Shown: positions 30,966 through 40,604, numbered from the stretch's first letter. The stretch is DNA of 64,000 nt from an uncultured Acidobacteriota bacterium (GCA_963713825.1 CAVQNG010000001.1:1-64000), one strand, 5' to 3'. Numbers and translations: made by a program. The notes: generated from the letters alone by a model not told the origin.

Positions 30966-31043
30966 CGGCACCATCATCGAAATCAGTGTTCAACGCAAAG
31001 GACTGGACAGAATGAGGCCTTTCTCTCGGCTAGGTAACCAGGC

Positions 31044-32138
31044 CTAGTTCCCCAGCTGCTCTTCAAGAGCCAGTGTGGACGCATCGAACATTTCCTCGAA
31101 TCCTATTTGGCTCTTTACAAGACCCTGCTCGAATACATACCTCATAATGGACTCCAACTCCTTTCGGTTGGCCTCCACTCCGTACTTCCAATAGTTCGTG
31201 CCCATGAGACCACGTGTGCTTTCAAACTCGTCAGAAGCCCAGGGCAAGGTGACTCTGTTGACCGTTGTGCTCTGCAAGTTCTTATAGGCCAGATCCTTCG
31301 CCTCGGAGTACATTTCAAACACCGCTTTCGCCAACCAGGGATTTTCGGACAGGGCGTCCTTCCGGATGGCGATGACATGCATGATCGGGAACATTCCGGT
31401 CTTGGAGAAATACGCCTGCTCGGTCTCTTTGACGTTTGGAAAAAGCCGTCGGATCCTCGGGTCACCCTCTAAATACGCCTTTGGCGTGATGGCGGTGATG
31501 AGGGCGTCACACTGCCCGCTCAGGAGCAATTCCGATTCGTCGACCCCTTCCGGGCCTCTCGTAATTGGAAAATCGTCGGCAAAGTAGTAATTGGCGAAGC
31601 CCGAGTTCAGCGCCCCTCCATCCGAGCTCTTCGTGGTTTCGATCCACTGCAGATCCTCGGCCTTGACGCCATATTCATCGAGGAGGAAACCCCGTATCCA
31701 GGTATGGGAGCTCATTCCGTATCCGGGCGTGCCGACCCTTTTCCCGACGAGGTCTTCCGGCGTCTCGATTCCGGAGTCAACATGAACAAAGACATTCTTG
31801 TGCCTGAACTCTCTCGAAACAAATACCGGAATCAAGGAATAGCCACGGAAATCCTCGTTGATATATCTCGTGATGTAGGGAATCAATCCGAGTTCCGTCA
31901 CCTCATATTTCTGTTCAGATCCGAAGGCCAACCGATTCAAGGTGTAGATATTCGAGACCTCGAAATTCACATCAGCTTCTGCGATGGATACATGACCGTC
32001 CATGATGGCTCGTGTCCGGTCATAGTCGTATCCGGCAATGTTGAGGGAGAGAGTCTCTTCCTGTTGACCCGAATTGCATCCGGCAATCAGGAATAGAGCA
32101 GCGGCAATCGTGACACCGGTTTGAATCCGTACGCTCAT
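31044..32138 (-). CDS. Periplasmic-binding-protein-fold lipoprotein, 4,5-dihydroxyphthalate decarboxylase-like
   Basis: Lipobox IAGC, YDRTRAIMDG, IPVFVSREFRH, GKRVGTPGY, FPIMHVIAIR, YGVEANRK. Confidence 0.78.
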   Translation of the reverse strand: MSVRIQTGVTIAAALFLIAGCNSGQQEETLSLNIAGYDYDRTRAIMDGHVSIAEADVNFEVSNIYTLNRLAFGSEQKYEVTELGLIPYITRYINEDFRGYSLIPVFVSREFRHKNVFVHVDSGIETPEDLVGKRVGTPGYGMSSHTWIRGFLLDEYGVKAEDLQWIETTKSSDGGALNSGFANYYFADDFPITRGPEGVDESELLLSGQCDALITAITPKAYLEGDPRIRRLFPNVKETEQAYFSKTGMFPIMHVIAIRKDALSENPWLAKAVFEMYSEAKDLAYKNLQSTTVNRVTLPWASDEFESTRGLMGTNYWKYGVEANRKELESIMRYVFEQGLVKSQIGFEEMFDASTLALEEQLGN

Positions 32139-32209
32139 TTGTTGATCCTGTTCTGGTCTTCAGTTCTCACTACTCCAGCCCTGAAGAGCTCTCGAGTGAG
32201 CATGCCTGA

Positions 32210-33889
32210 TTACTCGGCAGCCTTTCGAGCCGCGTAAAAATACTCCAGCAAAGCCTCAGTCTCCGGCCGGAGATTGGCGATGCCTTCATAGGGTTTGCCG
32301 TGTGTCTCCTCACGATCCGGGAACCTCTTCTTCAGTGCCTCGTGACGCTGACGCATGTCGTCGAAGTACGCGACCGACCACATGCCCGTCGCCAACAAAG
32401 GCTTTGTTTCCTTGAGGTCTCGATACAGATCGAATACCGGTAGCGCGAAGCCGGGCGATCCCGGCGCTGGCCAGTGTGCCTTGAACTGCTCCTTGATTGT
32501 GGCCTGCAGATGAGCACCCTCGTAAGCGAACAAGTAGTCGCGACGGCCATATCCATCACCATTCAAAAGCAGCGATGTCTGATTCAATCCGTCGACGACA
32601 CGGTCCCGGGGAATGTACTGATCCGCCTGTGCAATGACCGCAAGCGTCGTGTACCAGTCAGTGGCATGGACGATGTCTCCGACAAAGGTATCGGCTGGTA
32701 TGACATCCGGCCAGCGGACATAGGCGTTCACCCTGATCCCCCCTTCCAAAGTGTCTCCCTTGAAGCCACGGAAGACCATTTGGGAATAGCCGGATTCAGG
32801 CATGGCCTGGAACATGGGGCCGTTGTCGCTCATGACAACGACCACAGTGTTGTCTTCAACGCCGGTTTTTTGCAGCGCCGCAAACAGATCACCAAGGTGA
32901 TCATCGAGGTCTTTCATGCTCTCGACCCATGTGCCACCGTTGGCGGTTACGAATGTTCTGTTTCTGCGGGTAAAATTCACCGGAATCTGTGGCCAATAAT
33001 TGAGAAAGAAGGGCTCATCCTCGGCCGCCAGCTGATTCAGCTTCTCAATCACCTGCGTTTTATAACGCTCGTTCAGAGCGTCATAGTAGGCATAATCCAG
33101 TGGTTTTCCAGCTTCTGCACCCCATTCGTGCGCTTCCTCGCCGGCAACGGCATCAACACCCAACACCCAACCTGAAGGCCGGAAGTTCTTGTCCAAGCGA
33201 TAGTTGGGTATTGTTTCGCGCACCGCAACATTGTCTGCAAGGCGATCATCTTCCGACTCGGGGGTCATGAAGTTGAAGGTCGCCTGGTTGTGAAGGGGGA
33301 AGCTGGCAGTATCAAAACCCTGGTTGTGGGGCATAGCCTGCTCAATATCGCCCTGGTGCCACTTGCCGATGTGTGCGGTGTTGTAGCCAGCCTTTTTCAG
33401 AATCTCGGCAAGGGTGACTTCATCCTTATTAAGCCCCGTTCCTTCCGGCGGCACGATTTTCGGCTCCAGCATGTGACTGCGCACGGGCAGACGTCCGGTC
33501 AAGAGGGCGGTGCGGGTGGGCGTGCAGGTGGGTTCTGAGTACATGCGGGAGAACGTTAGGCTTTCCCGGGCGAAAGAATTGATGTTCGGGGTCGTATAGC
33601 CGCGGACATGGTTCAGCACGGGGTCACCCATCTCGCCGAATCCCACGTCGTCGATCAGCACAAAGAGAATACTGGGGCGCTTTCCGCCGTTGGCATCGCG
33701 CACTTCTTCAAGCTTTTCTGCAATCGCCTCGTCTTCCTGCGCCCATCTGTCACCGTGCTGCGCCAACAGCATGTAGTGTTCCGCATCGTGCTGGATGGGT
33801 TCTTGTGCCTGAACTCTATTTGCTGGGGTCAACAGAAGGAGCCCCAAGACTGCTCCTGTAACCAAAGATCCGGATCTTTGCTTCAACAT
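32210..33889 (-). CDS. Exported arylsulfatase (Cys-type)
   Basis: AAAGGAG RBS, signal peptide, LIDDVG, CTPTRTALLTGR, GKWHQG, SDNGP. Confidence 0.92.
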   Translation of the reverse strand: MLKQRSGSLVTGAVLGLLLLTPANRVQAQEPIQHDAEHYMLLAQHGDRWAQEDEAIAEKLEEVRDANGGKRPSILFVLIDDVGFGEMGDPVLNHVRGYTTPNINSFARESLTFSRMYSEPTCTPTRTALLTGRLPVRSHMLEPKIVPPEGTGLNKDEVTLAEILKKAGYNTAHIGKWHQGDIEQAMPHNQGFDTASFPLHNQATFNFMTPESEDDRLADNVAVRETIPNYRLDKNFRPSGWVLGVDAVAGEEAHEWGAEAGKPLDYAYYDALNERYKTQVIEKLNQLAAEDEPFFLNYWPQIPVNFTRRNRTFVTANGGTWVESMKDLDDHLGDLFAALQKTGVEDNTVVVVMSDNGPMFQAMPESGYSQMVFRGFKGDTLEGGIRVNAYVRWPDVIPADTFVGDIVHATDWYTTLAVIAQADQYIPRDRVVDGLNQTSLLLNGDGYGRRDYLFAYEGAHLQATIKEQFKAHWPAPGSPGFALPVFDLYRDLKETKPLLATGMWSVAYFDDMRQRHEALKKRFPDREETHGKPYEGIANLRPETEALLEYFYAARKAAE

Positions 33890-34093
33890 AGCTATTCTCC
33901 TTTCGGAATCTGACTGTCGTTTCTTCATATCGAATCTTTGGGAGTTACCCTCACCTCTGGGTTCTCTCATATGATCGAACTTCCGACCTCGTCGAGGGTG
34001 ATTCAACTCGTGTTATACCGTTTTCTAAGGCAGGGCGACATCAAAAAGTTGCACGGGTCGATTCTTGGATGGAGCCGACGGTGAATCTTAGCC

Positions 34094-35098
34094 GTGGTAG
34101 AGAAGTACAAGGTGGAAATGAGCCCCGGAACATCAAACCGTAACGCGACGATTCACGCCGCGCACCAGGACTGCGACAGCCTGGAAGACTTCGCAGACGC
34201 CACCAGTGGATGGGAGCTCGATTGGCAGCAACTGGATCGGGGGCCGTTCAAGGCGAGAGTACTGCAGGTCGAGACGCCGTCAACCTTGGTGAGTCAGTTC
34301 CGGGTCAACCGAAAGTTTCACCAGCGGGGCGTGAGCCCTCCCGGGATGCGGACATTCGGAATTGTCGGTGTTCATTCATCCCCGGTGGAGTGGAAGGGCC
34401 GCGAGTGGTCGAAGAATCAGATCGAGGTCTTTCCCACATCTGATCTCTACGAATCCTTGTCACACCCAGGATTCCGAGGCGACGGGTTGTCGATCCCGGA
34501 GGACCGAATCCGGTCGACGGCCAAGACGCTTGGTCTTCCAGATCCTCTCGAGCGCTTGCCCGCAGGGTCTTGTTTCGTCGAGTCGGATCCTAGTCGGATG
34601 GAAGCACTTCGACGAAGCCTGGACCAGTTGTATTCAGCAGTTTCGACCCAGGGCGATGTCACGCTCGATGAGGCGGCATGCTCCGAGATAGAGTTCGAGA
34701 TCCACTCTGCGCTCGTATCTGTTCTCGGGTCGGGTCTCAATACCGATGTTCACTCCCCACCTGCGACCGTTCGATCCAGAGCATTGCGGCTGGCTCTGGA
34801 TTACATCGAAGCCAGGGCCGACGCTGCGCCGAACATTAAAGACATTTGCCTCGCTTCGGGCGTGAGCTATCGGACCCTCAATTACGCCTTTCTCGAGCAT
34901 TTTGGGGTCGCGCCCAAGCAGTACCTCCAAGCGGCGCGTCTTGACGGCGTGCGCAAGGATCTCCGAAAGCTCAGACCGCATTTCGCCATCATCGACGCGG
35001 CCAACCGCTGGGGCTTCTGGCACATGGGCCAGTTTGCGGCGGATTACCGTCGCCATTTTGGCGAGTTGCCGTCGGAAACGCGCGATCGTGTGAAGTAG
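34094..35098 (+). CDS. AraC-family regulator (EutR-like), divergent from the sulfatase
   Basis: WQQLDRGPF N-domain; SYRTLNYAF...PKQYL...ANRWGFWHMGQFAADYRRHFGELPSET. Confidence 0.92.
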   Translation: MVEKYKVEMSPGTSNRNATIHAAHQDCDSLEDFADATSGWELDWQQLDRGPFKARVLQVETPSTLVSQFRVNRKFHQRGVSPPGMRTFGIVGVHSSPVEWKGREWSKNQIEVFPTSDLYESLSHPGFRGDGLSIPEDRIRSTAKTLGLPDPLERLPAGSCFVESDPSRMEALRRSLDQLYSAVSTQGDVTLDEAACSEIEFEIHSALVSVLGSGLNTDVHSPPATVRSRALRLALDYIEARADAAPNIKDICLASGVSYRTLNYAFLEHFGVAPKQYLQAARLDGVRKDLRKLRPHFAIIDAANRWGFWHMGQFAADYRRHFGELPSETRDRVK

Positions 35099-35307
35099 AT
35101 CATACGCTCCGAGATGTTTGCTTGATGTTTGCACGAGCCCTAAGTCGAGCCGAGGATTTGCGAGCTTGGAGTCGGCTGGTCCGGGGCGTCGGCTTCGGGC
35201 TGACGCGATTAGAGATCCGCCGCGACAGCATCATCCCTCGAGCGCGACCCGTTGATCGGGAAGGAGCCGTCCGCTCCTCAGCGAGTTGCGGGAAATGGGT
35301 TCCAGGA

Positions 35308-36165
35308 CTATCTGTGCGGTCGGGCCTGAACGTGGGGTGGGGAGGGGTAAAGCTGGAGGCTGGTGTCAGTCTGGGCAATGCGGACAGCCGGGTAGATGCG
35401 AAGGACATCTGTGAGGTGAGTCAGGGCCTTGCGCCGGAAGTCTCGCCGGCGGGAATAGTCGGCTCCGAACTGGGCCTCGAGACTCTCCCAGGGAATCGAC
35501 GTCGGCTTTCTTAGATAGCTCATCCGGTAGGTAAGCCACACGTAGAGGTCGATTGCCAGGGGTGAGCCGCGCAAGCGGCGGATCGCTCGCAGATCCACGG
35601 GGACCGCGGAACGGGTGATCTCCCGGAAGAAGTGACGGTCGAGAACCACCCTGGGATCCCAAGTCGATCGACGCAGGAGAAGGCTTGAGGCGAGTGCTTG
35701 CAAGGACGGATTGGATGTGGATACGAAGCGTTGACTTCGGGCCCCGGTGCAAGTGTCCTCATATGATCGCCAACTCCATCGTGTCGATAGGAGCCGGCGG
35801 AGCTGATCCTCCAGTCGACGTGCGGTGCCACGCGGTCCGCTGATCGTCGACAGACCCAGCTTTCGTGCTAAGTCATTGGGCGTAGCGCCGGGATGAATCT
35901 CGGGGTTCTTGGTTCGAACCGCTTCAGTGGTCAGGTAGACGAGAAGCAGCCGCGGATAAGAGCCGTAGGGTAGGCCGACACGCCGAGGTGCCCGCAGTCG
36001 GAGCGTGTGGCGACCGTTCACCCGCTTGAACCGGTGGCTCTGTGGCCGGCGATGGGGGAGGGTGGTGAGGACCAGGAGGCGCGGCATGAAGCCGAGTGCA
36101 CCCGCGGTCAGGGCGTCCTCGGACTCCAGAGACGAGAGATTCTCCGCTGGGCTCACGAGAGCCAT
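35308..36165 (-). CDS. RepA-family replication initiator, copy 3 (apparently intact, 285 aa)
   Basis: GFMPRLLVLTTLPH, GLPYGSYPRLLLVYLTTEAVRT, SPLAIDLYVWLTYR, QFGADY, LYPSPPHV, resembling IncW-type RepA_C. Confidence 0.85.
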   Translation of the reverse strand: MALVSPAENLSSLESEDALTAGALGFMPRLLVLTTLPHRRPQSHRFKRVNGRHTLRLRAPRRVGLPYGSYPRLLLVYLTTEAVRTKNPEIHPGATPNDLARKLGLSTISGPRGTARRLEDQLRRLLSTRWSWRSYEDTCTGARSQRFVSTSNPSLQALASSLLLRRSTWDPRVVLDRHFFREITRSAVPVDLRAIRRLRGSPLAIDLYVWLTYRMSYLRKPTSIPWESLEAQFGADYSRRRDFRRKALTHLTDVLRIYPAVRIAQTDTSLQLYPSPPHVQARPHR

Positions 36166-36167
36166 CA

Positions 36168-36510
36168 ACGACAGCACCTGACAACAGAGAGGTAACAATT
36201 TTGGTAACAATGAAGGACAACAGATGCCCGTAATCGACAGCAGACGGCAATTACGCCTGTCGGCGTAAGTCGCGTGTTTTGTTGCGGTTGCGTGCTGTCA
36301 TCTGTTGTGGAGTGTGAGTTTTCAAAGGACTTAAAATCCCCCAGCCGAAAGGCTATCCGGGTTCAAATCCCGGCTCCGGCACCAAGTTAACTTACACAAA
36401 TAGATGGACTTACGGAGCTTCGGGATATCTTCGTCCGGGCGCTCTTTGGGGCAGTGGTAACAATTTTGGTAACACTGAACCACAACAGATGGCCGCAGTC
36501 GACAGCAGGG
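36168..36510 (+). mobile_element. att junction 3 (attP-like)
   Basis: 19-mer at 36191-36209 and 36456-36474 flanks the tRNA-Leu half. Confidence 0.82.
36327..36384 (+). pseudogene. 3' half of tRNA-Leu(TAA), divergent allele (att core)
   Basis: GGACTTAAAATCC, variable arm AGCC-GAAA-GGCT, T-arm CCGGGTTCAAATCCCGG, CTCCGGCACCA. Confidence 0.9.
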
Positions 36511-36636
36511 TGCATCGCATCTGCATTCAGGGCCTGGGGACCGGTTGTGGTCGAGCAGCACAGCGTTCGGTGATCAGCGGGGCGGACCGGGGCGTCGTTG
36601 AGAAGCACTCGCGCGGTCAGGTAGGCTTGCTGCATC

Positions 36637-39414
36637 GTGGAGCACGACACGACCCTCCTGCGCACCAAACTGCACCGGCCGACAGTGGCCGGCGACCTGG
36701 TGGATCGCCTGCGGCTGGACGAGCTGATGGACTCTGCTTTGGAAGTGCCACTGACCCTGGTCTCGGCGCCGGCAGGGTACGGCAAGAGCATGCTCGTCAG
36801 TCACTGGTCCGAGTCGCAGGAGATGGCTCACACCTGGGTATCTCTCGACGAGGCGGACAGCGACCTGTCGGTTTTTCTGAGCTACCTGCTGGCCGCGGTG
36901 AGGAAGATCCTTCCTGAAGCCTGCCCAGAAACGGAAGCCCTGCTCCGCGCCCCCAATCTGCCACCGCTGAATGTGCTGGCCAGCATTCTCACCAACGAAC
37001 TGGACGCGATTGAAAACCCGTTTGTTCTGACTCTGGACGACTATCACGGCATCGAGCCGGCCTCCGAGGTGCACGACCTGCTCAGGCTTGTCCTGGAGCA
37101 TCCTCCGCAGCCCCTCCACCTGGTGCTGGTGACCCGGCGAGACCCGCCCCTGCCGATCGCGTCGATGCGCGCTTTGCGTCAGGTGAACGAAGTGCGGCTT
37201 CAGGATCTTCGGTTCAACGACCGGGAGACTTCGGACTTCCTTGTCGCCACCGCCGGCCTCGAGATCAGTGACGATTCCCTGGCCAACCTGCAGCGGCAGA
37301 TCGAAGGTTGGGCTGTGGGCTTGAGCCTGGTCTCACAGTACCTACGCCATCACGAGGATCCCGAGGAGTTCTTGAAGAGCTTGAGCGGCGGCATTCAACT
37401 CACCCAGCAGTACCTCGTGCAAGAGGTCATCGCGGGACGCTCGCCCTTGATGCAGGAGTGGTTGTTGAGGACGTCGATCCTCGACCGGTTCTGCCCTGCC
37501 CTGTGCGATGCGGTGTGCGCTGGTGAAGGGGAGTCTGGAAGCGATGATCTCGATGGCGATCAGTTCATTGAAGCGCTGCTGCGGGTCAACCTCTTCGCTA
37601 TCTCCCTGGACAGTCGGGGGAAGTGGTTTCGGTATCACCATCTCTTTCGGGAGTCGCTCGAGAAAGAGCTGCAGCGCCGCCTGGAACCGGGCGAGATCTC
37701 CGCACTCCACCTGCGAGCCAGCGAGTGGCTGGAGTCCCGTGGGCTGATCACCGAGTCGATCGAGCATGCCCTGAGAGGCGAAGACGTCGAGAGCGCAGCC
37801 GACCTGATCGAACGGCATCGGCATCGGGAAGTGAATGCAGATCGCTGGTATGTCGTCGGCAAGTGGATGGCGAGGCTACCGCCAGAGATCAAGCAAGAGA
37901 GGCCCGGACTCCTTTTGGCGCAGGCATGGATTGCCTTTTGGCGATTCGAGCTTCCGAGACTCCCCCCGCTCCTCGACCAAGCGGCTCGGGTCCTAGGCGA
38001 CGTTTCGGTGGAGCCGGAACTTGCGGGAGAGCTGGATTTCCACCGCGGCAACCTGGCGTATTGGGACGGTGACTGCGAAGGTGCCGTGAAACCTCTGGAG
38101 CAGGCGCTGGAGAAGACCAGGGGAATCGGCGGCATCGTCGCGGGCAACGTCGAGATCATGCTCGGCCTGGCCCGCTGCATGAGTGGCCGACGCGAAGTGG
38201 CAATCGAGGCTCTCAACGACCGGATTCGGACGGTTGATGCCCAAGACGTGATGCTCCTCTCTCACCTGATCGCCACTCTCGTCTATATCCATATCGCGTC
38301 TGGCGATCTGGCCTCGGCCCGTCTCGCTGCGGATCAACTGCGGTCGATCTCGAAGAGAGCACCGATGCACAACACCGCCGCCTGGGGTCACTACTTCGTG
38401 GCGTGTACGTGCTTGCACTCACTCGAGCTGGGCCGGGCAGCCCAGGGCTTCGCCGACTCGGTTCAGCGCCCATATGTCTTCGAGCCACGAGCGGCTGTCG
38501 ATGCTTTCACGGGTCTTGCGCTCGCGCAACAGCTGGCCGGAGAGGACGGGCAAACTGAGAAGACCATGGCGCGCCTTTTCAGTTTCGTTCAGGCAATGAA
38601 CTCTCCTGACTACTTGATCATGGCCCATGCCTGTCGTGCCCGACTGTCCGTTCTGCAGGGCGATGTGAGGTCCGCTATCGAGTTGACAGGCTCCCTCGGC
38701 GAGGATTCCGCTCTGCCAGACCTGTTCACCTGGCTCGAGATCCCTGCGATCACCCATGCGAGGGTCCTGATCGCGGCGGGGTCCAAGCAGGGCCTGACCC
38801 GGGCAAACGAGTTGCTCCAGACCATCCGCGAACGAAGTGAGACCTGGCGGCTCAGGTGCCAGACGATCGAAGTAACGGTACTTCTGTCCTTGGCCCTGGA
38901 AAAGCGAGGACTTGCCACAGAGGCCGTCGAAGCTCTCCAAGAGGCGGTAGAGCTGGCGCGGCCAGGGGGCTGGGTGCGGCCCTTCGTCGAGGCTGGCCCC
39001 ACGATGGCCGAGATGCTCGAGCGTCTGGACGAGCAGGAGGAATCTGCTGGATTCGTCCAGCGAGTGTTGACGGCCTTCGCTGCAACCGGCGCTCCTGCGC
39101 CGCCGCCGGCCCCGCTCGAGGAGCCGAGTGCTACTGCAACTGCTGCTGCGGCCCCTGCCCCGACCCCGAAGGCTCTCGACGATTTGACCGATCGCGAGCT
39201 CGACGTGCTCGAGCTGCTGGCGCAGCGCCTGCAAAACAAGGAGATCGCCGCTCAGCTCTGCATCTCCACCCATACGGTGAACTATCACCTCAAGCACATC
39301 TACGACAAACTCGGTGTCCAGAGCCGCCGCCAGGCTGTCGAGCAAGCCGTGGAGCGTGGGATCCTCGATCGATCTCGGCTCTGGGGCAAACCGTCCGCGC
39401 CGCGCCGCCAGTGA
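36637..39414 (+). CDS. MalT-like STAND ATPase / TPR / LuxR-HTH regulator (paralogue 2)
   Basis: [57 protein letters not shown]. Confidence 0.95.
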   Translation: MEHDTTLLRTKLHRPTVAGDLVDRLRLDELMDSALEVPLTLVSAPAGYGKSMLVSHWSESQEMAHTWVSLDEADSDLSVFLSYLLAAVRKILPEACPETEALLRAPNLPPLNVLASILTNELDAIENPFVLTLDDYHGIEPASEVHDLLRLVLEHPPQPLHLVLVTRRDPPLPIASMRALRQVNEVRLQDLRFNDRETSDFLVATAGLEISDDSLANLQRQIEGWAVGLSLVSQYLRHHEDPEEFLKSLSGGIQLTQQYLVQEVIAGRSPLMQEWLLRTSILDRFCPALCDAVCAGEGESGSDDLDGDQFIEALLRVNLFAISLDSRGKWFRYHHLFRESLEKELQRRLEPGEISALHLRASEWLESRGLITESIEHALRGEDVESAADLIERHRHREVNADRWYVVGKWMARLPPEIKQERPGLLLAQAWIAFWRFELPRLPPLLDQAARVLGDVSVEPELAGELDFHRGNLAYWDGDCEGAVKPLEQALEKTRGIGGIVAGNVEIMLGLARCMSGRREVAIEALNDRIRTVDAQDVMLLSHLIATLVYIHIASGDLASARLAADQLRSISKRAPMHNTAAWGHYFVACTCLHSLELGRAAQGFADSVQRPYVFEPRAAVDAFTGLALAQQLAGEDGQTEKTMARLFSFVQAMNSPDYLIMAHACRARLSVLQGDVRSAIELTGSLGEDSALPDLFTWLEIPAITHARVLIAAGSKQGLTRANELLQTIRERSETWRLRCQTIEVTVLLSLALEKRGLATEAVEALQEAVELARPGGWVRPFVEAGPTMAEMLERLDEQEESAGFVQRVLTAFAATGAPAPPPAPLEEPSATATAAAAPAPTPKALDDLTDRELDVLELLAQRLQNKEIAAQLCISTHTVNYHLKHIYDKLGVQSRRQAVEQAVERGILDRSRLWGKPSAPRRQ

Positions 39415-39446
39415 GACGGTACCTGCCGTAGGCGCTGGGCGGAGTC

Positions 39447-39516
39447 AACCCCCTTATTTCCCCCCCATTTCCCCCACACTCCTGGGGATGCGGGCCTACC
39501 GCGGAGTGCTTAGGCT
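39447..39516 (+). promoter_or_regulatory. Conserved promoter motif, copy 2
   Basis: C-rich repeats, GGGAT 39485-39489, 21 nt, TAGGCT 39511-39516. Confidence 0.7.
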
Positions 39517-39526
39517 AGGGGTGGCC

Positions 39527-40594
39527 GTGAAGACGACTGCCAGATCGAGGTATCTTGCGACGCTGATGATGGCCTCGAGCTTCATCGGTTGTGTCGCGCA
39601 CACCAGCTCACCACCCGCCTCCATGCCACCAGAGTCTCTCGAGCTCCGCGAGCCGTCTGCTACTCAGCTCTTCTCCTACGAGCGCCGAGAGATTCCGTTC
39701 AAGAATCGGATGCTGGACAAAGAAGAGACGTCGCTCTATCGCGTGCGCTACGTCCGCTTTCCCTCGATCGGTGACAACGGTCAACCGGGCAATCTCGTAA
39801 GGGGCAAGTACTACGAAAGCAAGTTGCAGGGTCGGAAGCCCATGGTCGTGGTGCTGCCTATCTGGGGTCGGCATGTCTATCCACCCGAAAAGATCACCGC
39901 TCATTTGCGGCGACGCAGCCGCGGCCACGTCAATGTCTTTCAGATGGAGGGTCCGAATCACCTTCTCGATTGGCAGGGCCTGGCCTCCGCCCCAGATGAG
40001 GCGTCCTATCTGGATCTCTGGAAGCAGGGCGCGCAACGTGAGTGGGTGGCGATCACCGATATTCGCCGCATCCTCGATTGGGCGAAAACCAGGCCGGACT
40101 TGGACTCCGAACGCATCGGTCTGGTGGGCTTCAGTCATGGAGCCATGGTGGCCGGGGCCGTGGCGGCGCAGGAGCCCCGATTAGCTGCGACCGTTCTGGT
40201 CATGGGTGGTGCGCTGGCCCACCAGGTGCTGGCGCAGTGCCCGCTGACCCGTAGCGCCCCGGCCAGATCGAAGGCCGTGACCGAGTTTGGATGGAGCCCG
40301 GACGAGCTCGAGCAGCGGCTCCAGCCGATCTTCGCGCCCCTGGATCCGGCAAGCTATCCGGGAAGGGTCGATCCGCAACGGGTGCTGATCGTCGAGGCGG
40401 CGCAGGATCAGTGCATGACCGAGACCGCCCGTGAGGCACTCTGGGAGTCGATGGGTCAACCGGAGCGGATACTCATTCCGACTCGGCACAAGCGGGCCTT
40501 TCTGGGAATGACACCGCTGGGATTCAACTGGCTCCGTCACCGGATTGGCGACTTCCTGCTGCGAACCTTGGAGCTGCCAGGGGAGATCCCCTAG
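39527..40594 (+). CDS. Alpha/beta hydrolase, probable lipoprotein
   Basis: FIGC lipobox, RIGLVGFSHGA nucleophile elbow; start uncertain. Confidence 0.78.
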   Translation: MKTTARSRYLATLMMASSFIGCVAHTSSPPASMPPESLELREPSATQLFSYERREIPFKNRMLDKEETSLYRVRYVRFPSIGDNGQPGNLVRGKYYESKLQGRKPMVVVLPIWGRHVYPPEKITAHLRRRSRGHVNVFQMEGPNHLLDWQGLASAPDEASYLDLWKQGAQREWVAITDIRRILDWAKTRPDLDSERIGLVGFSHGAMVAGAVAAQEPRLAATVLVMGGALAHQVLAQCPLTRSAPARSKAVTEFGWSPDELEQRLQPIFAPLDPASYPGRVDPQRVLIVEAAQDQCMTETAREALWESMGQPERILIPTRHKRAFLGMTPLGFNWLRHRIGDFLLRTLELPGEIP

Positions 40595-40604
40595 GATTCT
40601 GCGA

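Larger units (their letters stand above)
30684..36326. mobile_element. Integrated cargo element B (5,643 bp), no integrase
   Basis: Bounded by junctions 2 and 3; contains only a lipoprotein, a sulfatase, an AraC regulator and repA. Confidence 0.75.

Noticed and set aside
30398-30993. Small ORFs across the junctions (for example MRREDFKSFENS..., ...WCRRRDSNP...)
   Set aside because: They are translations of conserved att arms and antisense tRNA sequence; the similarity reflects DNA-level repeats.
6226-36510. CRISPR array or classical integron attC sites
   Set aside because: Repeats are kilobases apart with no spacer periodicity; no cas or intI gene and no attC-type RYYYAAC...GTTRRRY palindromes were seen.
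39447-39490. C-rich motif as a terminator, G-quadruplex or simple low-complexity tract
   Set aside because: There is no stem plus U-tract, and the fixed orientation with an invariant 21-nt distance to a -10-like hexamer in six copies fits an activator site better.
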